Source of the DNA: Dehalococcoidia bacterium
Lineage (GTDB): Bacteria; Chloroflexota; Dehalococcoidia; UBA2979
Reading direction: 5' to 3'
Assembly (NCBI GenBank): GCA_965262725.1
Contig: OZ253555.1
Location: 128,001-192,000 of the forward strand
DNA: 64,000 nucleotides
The position numbers and the translations under genes are program-made. Positions 58,768-64,000 of the stretch are shown here, piece by piece. Under the pieces are notes generated by a model that saw nothing but the letters and a program-made list of their open reading frames with translations, did not search any database and was not told the DNA's origin. Positions within the stretch are counted from its first letter, which is position 1. Each line of letters starts with the position of its first letter.

Positions 58768-59877
58768 GTGGATCTCGGCCTGAGCGAGACGCAGGAGTTG
58801 CTGAAGAACGCGGCACGCGAGTTCCTGGAGAACGAGTGCCCTGAGACCCACGTCCGCGAGATGGAGGAGGACGACAAGGGGTACTCCCCCGAGCTCTGGG
58901 CGAAGATGGCGGAGCAGGGCTGGCAGGGTCTGCTCATCCCGGAGGAGTACGACGGCGCCGGCCTCGACTTCCTCGACCTCGCCGTGCTGCTCGAGGAGTT
59001 CGGGCGGGCGCTCGTGCCGGGGCCCTTCATGTCGACGGTGCTCGGAGGAGCGGTGCCGCTCATGGTCGCCGGCTCCGAGGCGCAGAAGCAGGAGTACCTG
59101 CCTAAGATCGCATCCGGGGAGGCGATCTTCACTCTCGCGCTCACCGAGCCGAGCGCCCGTTTCGACGAGCAGGGGATCGAGACCGAGGCGAGCGTTTCCG
59201 GCAGCGACGTGACGCTCAACGGCACGAAGCTCTTCGTCTCCGACGCGAACGTCGCCGACTACATGGTCGTGGCGGCGAAGTCGTCCCAGGGGACCACGCT
59301 CGCGATCGTCCCGACGAACCAGCCCGGCGTGAAGATCCGGCAGCTGCTCACCATCGCCCGCGACAAGCAGTGCGAGGTGGTGCTGGAGAACGCGACGGGT
59401 GAGCTTCTCGGCGCCGACGGCGCCGGCTGGGGTCTGCTGCAGCCGGTGATCCAGCGGTACACCGTCGCCGAGGCCGCCTACCTGGTCGGCCTCGCGCAGA
59501 TGGACTTCGAGATCTCGGTCGACTATGCAAAGGAGCGAGTGCAGTTCGGCCGGCCGATCGGCTCGTTCCAGGCGATCCAGCACAAGTGCGCGGACATGGT
59601 CACCGATGTCGATGGGTCGCGCTTCATCATGTACAAGGCCGCCTGGTCCGTGAACACGGATCAGGACGATAGCCAGATGGCGGTGAACATGGCGAAGGCG
59701 TGGACCTCGGATGCGACGCGGCGCGTGGTGGCACACGGCCAGCAGATTCATGGCGGCATCGGGTTCACGAAGGACTACAAGATCCAGCTCTACTACCGTC
59801 GCCAGAAGCGGGCCGAGCTCGCCTTCGGCGACACCGAGCACCACCGGGAGCTGGTCGCACAGCAGCTCGGCATCTAG
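58768..59877 (+). CDS. Acyl-CoA dehydrogenase family protein
   Basis: LALTEP, LNGTKLFV, RVQFGRPIGSFQAIQHK, QIHGGIGFT. Confidence 0.95.
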   Translation: MDLGLSETQELLKNAAREFLENECPETHVREMEEDDKGYSPELWAKMAEQGWQGLLIPEEYDGAGLDFLDLAVLLEEFGRALVPGPFMSTVLGGAVPLMVAGSEAQKQEYLPKIASGEAIFTLALTEPSARFDEQGIETEASVSGSDVTLNGTKLFVSDANVADYMVVAAKSSQGTTLAIVPTNQPGVKIRQLLTIARDKQCEVVLENATGELLGADGAGWGLLQPVIQRYTVAEAAYLVGLAQMDFEISVDYAKERVQFGRPIGSFQAIQHKCADMVTDVDGSRFIMYKAAWSVNTDQDDSQMAVNMAKAWTSDATRRVVAHGQQIHGGIGFTKDYKIQLYYRRQKRAELAFGDTEHHRELVAQQLGI

Positions 59878-61050
59878 TGTCCTGATTCGTAATAGCGACA
59901 GATAACGGGTATGGTGGCACAGCGGGGTTTTGCCCCATGGGGCAGACTCTGGAGTGTCATGAGCACCCGAATCGGACGGCCGACGGTCGCGATCGTCCTG
60001 AGCGACGAGGAGCGTGAGACGCTGGAGCGGTGGGCGCGCCGGCCGACATCGGCCCAGGCGCTGGCGCTGCGCTGTCGCATCGTCCTGGCAGCGGCCGAGG
60101 GGACATCGAATAAAGCGATCGCCGCGGCGCTCGATTGCCATCCGGTCACCGTCGGCAAGTGGCGCCGGCGCTTTGCGCAGGGGCGGCTCGATGGGCTACA
60201 GGATGAGCCGCGCCCCGGGGCGCCGCGCACGATCGCCGATGCACAGGTGGAAGCGGTGATCGTCACGACGCTGGAGGAGCAGCCTCCCAACGCGACGCAC
60301 TGGTCGACCCGATCGATGGCAGCCGCGGTCGGGATGTCGCAGTCGGCGATCTTCAGGATCTGGCGCGCCTTCGGCCTGAAGCCGCACCTCGTGGAGAGCT
60401 TCAAGCTGTCGCCCGACCCGCAGTTCATCGACAAGGTGCGCGACGTGGCCGGGCTCTATCTCAACCCGCCCGACGCGGCGGTTGTGCTGTGCGTGGACGA
60501 GAAGACCCAGATCCAGGCACTCGACCGCACCGCGCCGACGGTGCCGATGATGCCCGGCGTCCCCGCCCGCCAGACGCACGACTACATCCGTCACGGCACG
60601 ACGAACCTCTACGCGGCGCTCGATGTCGCCTCGGGATGCGTGATCACGGAGATGACCCCCCGGCACCGGGCTCGGGAGTTCCAGCAGTTCCTCGCCCTCA
60701 TCGACCAAAGCGTTCCCCATGAGCTGGCGGTGCATGTCGTGCTCGACAACGTCTCCACGCACCGCACGCCCGCCATCCAGCGCTGGCTCCAGCGCCATCC
60801 CCGCTTCACCTTCCATTTCACGCCGACCTACAGCTCCTGGATGAACCTCGTGGAGCGCTGGTTTGCAGAGCTCACCAGCAAGTGGCTCCGGCGCGGCACG
60901 CACCATAGCGTCCCTGATCTGATCCGCTCAGTGGAGATGTGGGTCGCCAGCTGGAACGAGAATCCGAGGCCCTTCATCTGGCACAAGTCCGCGGACCAGA
61001 TCCTTGACAACCTCGCCGGATATCTAGAGCGCATCCCTGAATCGGGACAC
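59877..61050 (+). mobile_element. IS630-family insertion sequence
   Basis: IRs (TA)GTGTCCTGATTC / GAATCGGGACAC(TA); TA duplication within CTAG. Confidence 0.92.
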
Positions 61051-61053
61051 TAG
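59959..61053 (+). CDS. IS630-family transposase
   Basis: PRPGAPR, THWSTR, VDEKTQIQAL, YIRHGT, VLDNVSTH, SSWMNLVERWF. Confidence 0.96.
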   Translation: MSTRIGRPTVAIVLSDEERETLERWARRPTSAQALALRCRIVLAAAEGTSNKAIAAALDCHPVTVGKWRRRFAQGRLDGLQDEPRPGAPRTIADAQVEAVIVTTLEEQPPNATHWSTRSMAAAVGMSQSAIFRIWRAFGLKPHLVESFKLSPDPQFIDKVRDVAGLYLNPPDAAVVLCVDEKTQIQALDRTAPTVPMMPGVPARQTHDYIRHGTTNLYAALDVASGCVITEMTPRHRAREFQQFLALIDQSVPHELAVHVVLDNVSTHRTPAIQRWLQRHPRFTFHFTPTYSSWMNLVERWFAELTSKWLRRGTHHSVPDLIRSVEMWVASWNENPRPFIWHKSADQILDNLAGYLERIPESGH

Positions 61054-62261
61054 GGGTTCTCTGAACAGGTCGCCGCGTCGTTACTGGAGCACATGCACAC
61101 TCCGATGACTATATGCGATCATGGCACTCCTCCGGGAAAGGGGAGCGCTGCCATGCATCAGCCGACATTCGCGAGAGTCGAGTTCGAGCGGGATGGCTAC
61201 AAGACGCGCCGCCAGAAGTTCCTCGAACGGCTGGATGGCCTCGTCCCGTGGCAGAGGTTCGAAGCAGCCATCGAGCCCCACTACCCGAAACCGGGCCGCG
61301 GGCGGAGGCCCTACCCGCTCTCCGTGATGCTGCGCATCCATACCGTGCAACTCTGCTACAACCTCAGCGACCCCGGCATGGAGGATCTGCTCCACGAGGC
61401 CGAGTCGGTGCGAGCCTTCTGCTTCCTCACGCTCTCCGAGCCCATCCCCGACGAGACGACGATCCTCAACTTCCGGCACCTGCTCGAGCGCCACTCCCTG
61501 GGTAGCAGGATCCTCCAACTCATCAACGAGCACCTCACGAGCAAGGGATTGAAGCTGAGCGAGGGCAGCATCGTGGATGCGACCATCATCTCGGCGCCAT
61601 CGTCGACGAAGAATCGCGGGCGGGCGCGGGACCCGGAGATGCATCAGACCAAGAAGGGGAAACAGTGGTTCTTCGGGATGAAGCTGCACATCGGCGCCGA
61701 CAGGGATACTGGACTGGTCCACAACTTCACGACCACGCCTGCGAACGTGTCGGACGTGTCTGAGACGCACCGCCTGCTGCACGGCGAGGAAGCCGAGGTC
61801 TACGGCGACGCCGGGTACCGGGGCGTGCAGAAGAGACCCGAGAACGCGGACTCCAGGGTCAAGGACTGGAACGTGGCGATGCGCCCGGGCCTCCGGCGTG
61901 CGCTCGACCCGGAGAGTCCTGAGGCCGTCGAGGAGAAGCGGAAGGCATCGGTGCGAGCGCTGGTGGAGCACCCGTTCTACAGCGTGAAGCGGCGCTTCGG
62001 CTACGCCAAGGTGCGGTACCGGGGTCTCTTCAAGAACCACGAGCGGTGTGCGGTCTTGCTGGGGTTCCACAACCTGCTCACCGCGAAGCCGCACCGTGCC
62101 TGACCGTGGGTGGAGTGCGCCCTCCCCGCCCCACACGGGGCGAGGAGGGGAGCCACAGGGGCCCGCGAGGGGGCGGATATGACCACTGTCATCGGGAATC
62201 CGCCTGAGAGCGCCTGACCGCGGCGAAACTGGGTCGCTAGACCCACCTGATCAGACTTGCC
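61054..62261 (+). mobile_element. IS5-family insertion sequence with CTAG target duplication
   Basis: CTAG at 61050-61053 and 62262-62265; imperfect IRs GGGTTCTCTGAACAGGT / GGCAAGTCTGATCAGGT. Confidence 0.85.
61153..62103 (+). CDS. IS5-family transposase (IS5 subgroup)
   Basis: GRRPYPL..MLRIH, PDETTILNFRHLLE, VDATII, FGMKLHIG, GDAGY, RALVEHPF. Confidence 0.96.
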   Translation: MHQPTFARVEFERDGYKTRRQKFLERLDGLVPWQRFEAAIEPHYPKPGRGRRPYPLSVMLRIHTVQLCYNLSDPGMEDLLHEAESVRAFCFLTLSEPIPDETTILNFRHLLERHSLGSRILQLINEHLTSKGLKLSEGSIVDATIISAPSSTKNRGRARDPEMHQTKKGKQWFFGMKLHIGADRDTGLVHNFTTTPANVSDVSETHRLLHGEEAEVYGDAGYRGVQKRPENADSRVKDWNVAMRPGLRRALDPESPEAVEEKRKASVRALVEHPFYSVKRRFGYAKVRYRGLFKNHERCAVLLGFHNLLTAKPHRA

Positions 62262-62316
62262 CTAGGGAGCGCGGCCGCCGGGGAGCGGCCCGGCACCGAG
62301 CAGGCACGGTCTCGAG

Positions 62317-62348
62317 GAGGGCCGCCCGAGTGGGGCGGCCCTCTTTCT
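62317..62348 (+). terminator. Rho-independent terminator
   Basis: GAGGGCCGCCC-gagtg-GGGCGGCCCTC-TTTCT. Confidence 0.75.
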
Positions 62349-62459
62349 ATCCGGGCGCGTCGTCGCATCCTCGCCACCTTCGCGACGGGCTTGGGATAAT
62401 GGCCGGGAGGGGCGGTGCGCCGCGCGTGAGCGTCGTGCGCATCGCGGGAGTGGGGAGCG

Positions 62460-63269
62460 ATGAACAACCTGAAGACGGCGGTGCTGCTGTCGGCGATCAG
62501 CGGGCTCCTGGTCGCCATCGGCTGGGGGCTCGGCGGCCCCGTGGGGGCGGTGGTGTTTCTCGGTATCGCCGTCGCGATGAACTTCGGGAGCTACTGGTTC
62601 TCGTCCGACATCGTGCTGCGCACCGCCCACGCGCACGAGATCGAGCGCGAGCAGGACCGCGCTCTCTTCGACCTGGTGGCGCGCGTGGCGCGCGACGCCG
62701 ATCTCCCGATGCCGCGCGTCTACATCATGGACTCGCCGCAGCCGAATGCCTTCGCGACCGGCCGGTCGCCGCGGCACGCGGCCGTCGCCGTCACGACCGG
62801 CATCCGCGAGCTCCTGACGGAGCGCGAGCTGCGGGGAGTGCTGGGCCACGAGATGGCGCACGTGAAGAACCGCGACATCCTGACCTCCTCGATCGTGGCG
62901 ACGATTGCGAGCGCGATCTCGATGATCGGCTTCATCGGTCTCTGGTTCGGCGGCCGCCGCGACGGGATGGCCGGCCTGGTGATGCTGCTCGTCGCTCCGA
63001 TCGCCGCCACGCTGATCCAGCTGGGCATCAGCCGCACGCGCGAGTTCGAGGCCGACCGCGACGGGGCGCGTATGGTCGGCGACCCCGAGGCACTCGCCTC
63101 CGCTCTGGCAAAGCTGCACGCGGGGGCCGAGCGTCGGGTCATGCCGGTGCCGGAGTCGACGGCGCACCTCTTCATCGTCAACCCGCTCCGGGCGGGCTCC
63201 GTCGGGGGGCTTTTCTCGACGCATCCGCCGCTCGAGGAGCGCGTCGCGCGTCTCCGGAGGATGCAGTAG
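62460..63269 (+). CDS. htpX: Zinc metalloprotease HtpX
   Basis: PNAFATG, GVLGHEMAHVKNRD, ISRTREFEAD, FSTHPP..ER. Confidence 0.95.
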   Translation: MNNLKTAVLLSAISGLLVAIGWGLGGPVGAVVFLGIAVAMNFGSYWFSSDIVLRTAHAHEIEREQDRALFDLVARVARDADLPMPRVYIMDSPQPNAFATGRSPRHAAVAVTTGIRELLTERELRGVLGHEMAHVKNRDILTSSIVATIASAISMIGFIGLWFGGRRDGMAGLVMLLVAPIAATLIQLGISRTREFEADRDGARMVGDPEALASALAKLHAGAERRVMPVPESTAHLFIVNPLRAGSVGGLFSTHPPLEERVARLRRMQ

Positions 63270-63440
63270 CGAGAGCGTCCGACGGCCGCGGCGTGGAGCC
63301 GCCGCGACACGGGGCTCCCGCGGAGGTGGTGACGTCCGCCGCGTGGCCGGCATGCGCCACGGAGGCGCCCGGCGGGTGCGTCCGGCGCCTATCGGTCGCG
63401 GGCGGGGGAGCGTGCGGTGGGGAGTGAGCCCCCGGGCGGG

Positions 63441-64000
63441 ATGGACTCGGCCTCGGCCTCGCCCGCGGACGCCGCCGGGCGCCTGCGCGAGCGCATGGCG
63501 CCTGAGCTGCCTGGGGCGATGCTCGAGCACATCGACCGCGTGGTCGCCCTTGCGCGGCAATTCGCGGCGTTGCACGCGCTGCCTGAGGCCCGCGTCGCCC
63601 TCGCCGCGCAGGGCCACGACCTGCTGCGCGCGGTGGCTCCGGCGGAGCTTTTGCGCCGCGCCGAGCAGCGTGGCCTGCCGATCCTCGTAGTCGAACGCGA
63701 GCGGCCCGTGCTGCTGCACGGCGTCCTGGGCGCGCTCGAACTCGCCGAGCGCTTCGGCGTCGCCGACCGGGGCGTCCTCGATGCGATCCGCTGGCACACG
63801 ACGGGCCACCCGAGCTACCCGGACTGGGCGTGGGCGATGTTCGTCGCCGACAAGGTGGAACCGGCGAAGGCCGGCGCCTGGCCACCGCTTCGCGACGTGG
63901 AGATGATCGCGAGGCGGCCACGCCCCGGCGCGCTGCGCGAGGCCGCGGCCGCCTACCTGCGCCTGTCGCTGGCGCGGCAGCGGGAGCGGGGCGAGCCCGC
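63441..64000 (+). CDS. HD-domain phosphohydrolase (YqeK-like Ap4A hydrolase), runs off the window end
   Basis: Manual translation gives EHIDRV, GHDL, LLHG, AIRWHTTG, FVADKVEP. Absent from the ORF track because no stop falls in the window. Confidence 0.88.
   Translation, partial: MDSASASPADAAGRLRERMAPELPGAMLEHIDRVVALARQFAALHALPEARVALAAQGHDLLRAVAPAELLRRAEQRGLPILVVERERPVLLHGVLGALELAERFGVADRGVLDAIRWHTTGHPSYPDWAWAMFVADKVEPAKAGAWPPLRDVEMIARRPRPGALREAAAAYLRLSLARQRERGEP

Overview
High-GC bacterial chromosomal window. Gene content suggests Chloroflexota (Dehalococcoidia-like, possibly host- or sponge-associated): class F sortase, caa3 oxidase, many catabolic hydrolases and GAAC-N4-GTTC LexA boxes. 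This taxonomy is an inference. 1-10.4 kb: a split SOS mutagenesis locus. dnaE2 is followed 16 bp later by a tyrosine recombinase, and imuB + DUF6504 lie on the opposite strand, each unit with a LexA box. Between them sit an ECF sigma/anti-sigma-vWA pair, a decayed second copy of the dnaE2 5' region and a VapBC module. 10.5-24 kb: catabolic enzymes, a stand-alone Cache lipoprotein, and an AT-richer island with a DUF5131 (radical-SAM-like) + TcmP (methyltransferase-like) pair that also has a LexA box, next to an IS5. 24.6-29.3 kb: caa3 oxidase operon and a cupredoxin lipoprotein. 29.7-41 kb: metabolic and transport genes, a tRNA-Gly 3' fragment (att scar) and a structured intergenic RNA candidate. 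41-58 kb: core genes (tRNA-Pro, gyrA, thiL, tsaE, tsaB, ndk, rsfS, mnmA, two tRNA-Ser), sortase, a second ECF pair and an S8 protease. 58.7-64 kb: acyl-CoA dehydrogenase with IS630 and IS5 stacked in its CTAG stop site, then htpX and a partial YqeK-like HD protein. Best novelty candidates: the apparently SOS-regulated DUF5131-TcmP pair, the dnaE2-recombinase operon, and the structured RNA at about 37.2-37.36 kb. All calls were made by eye, with no database searches.
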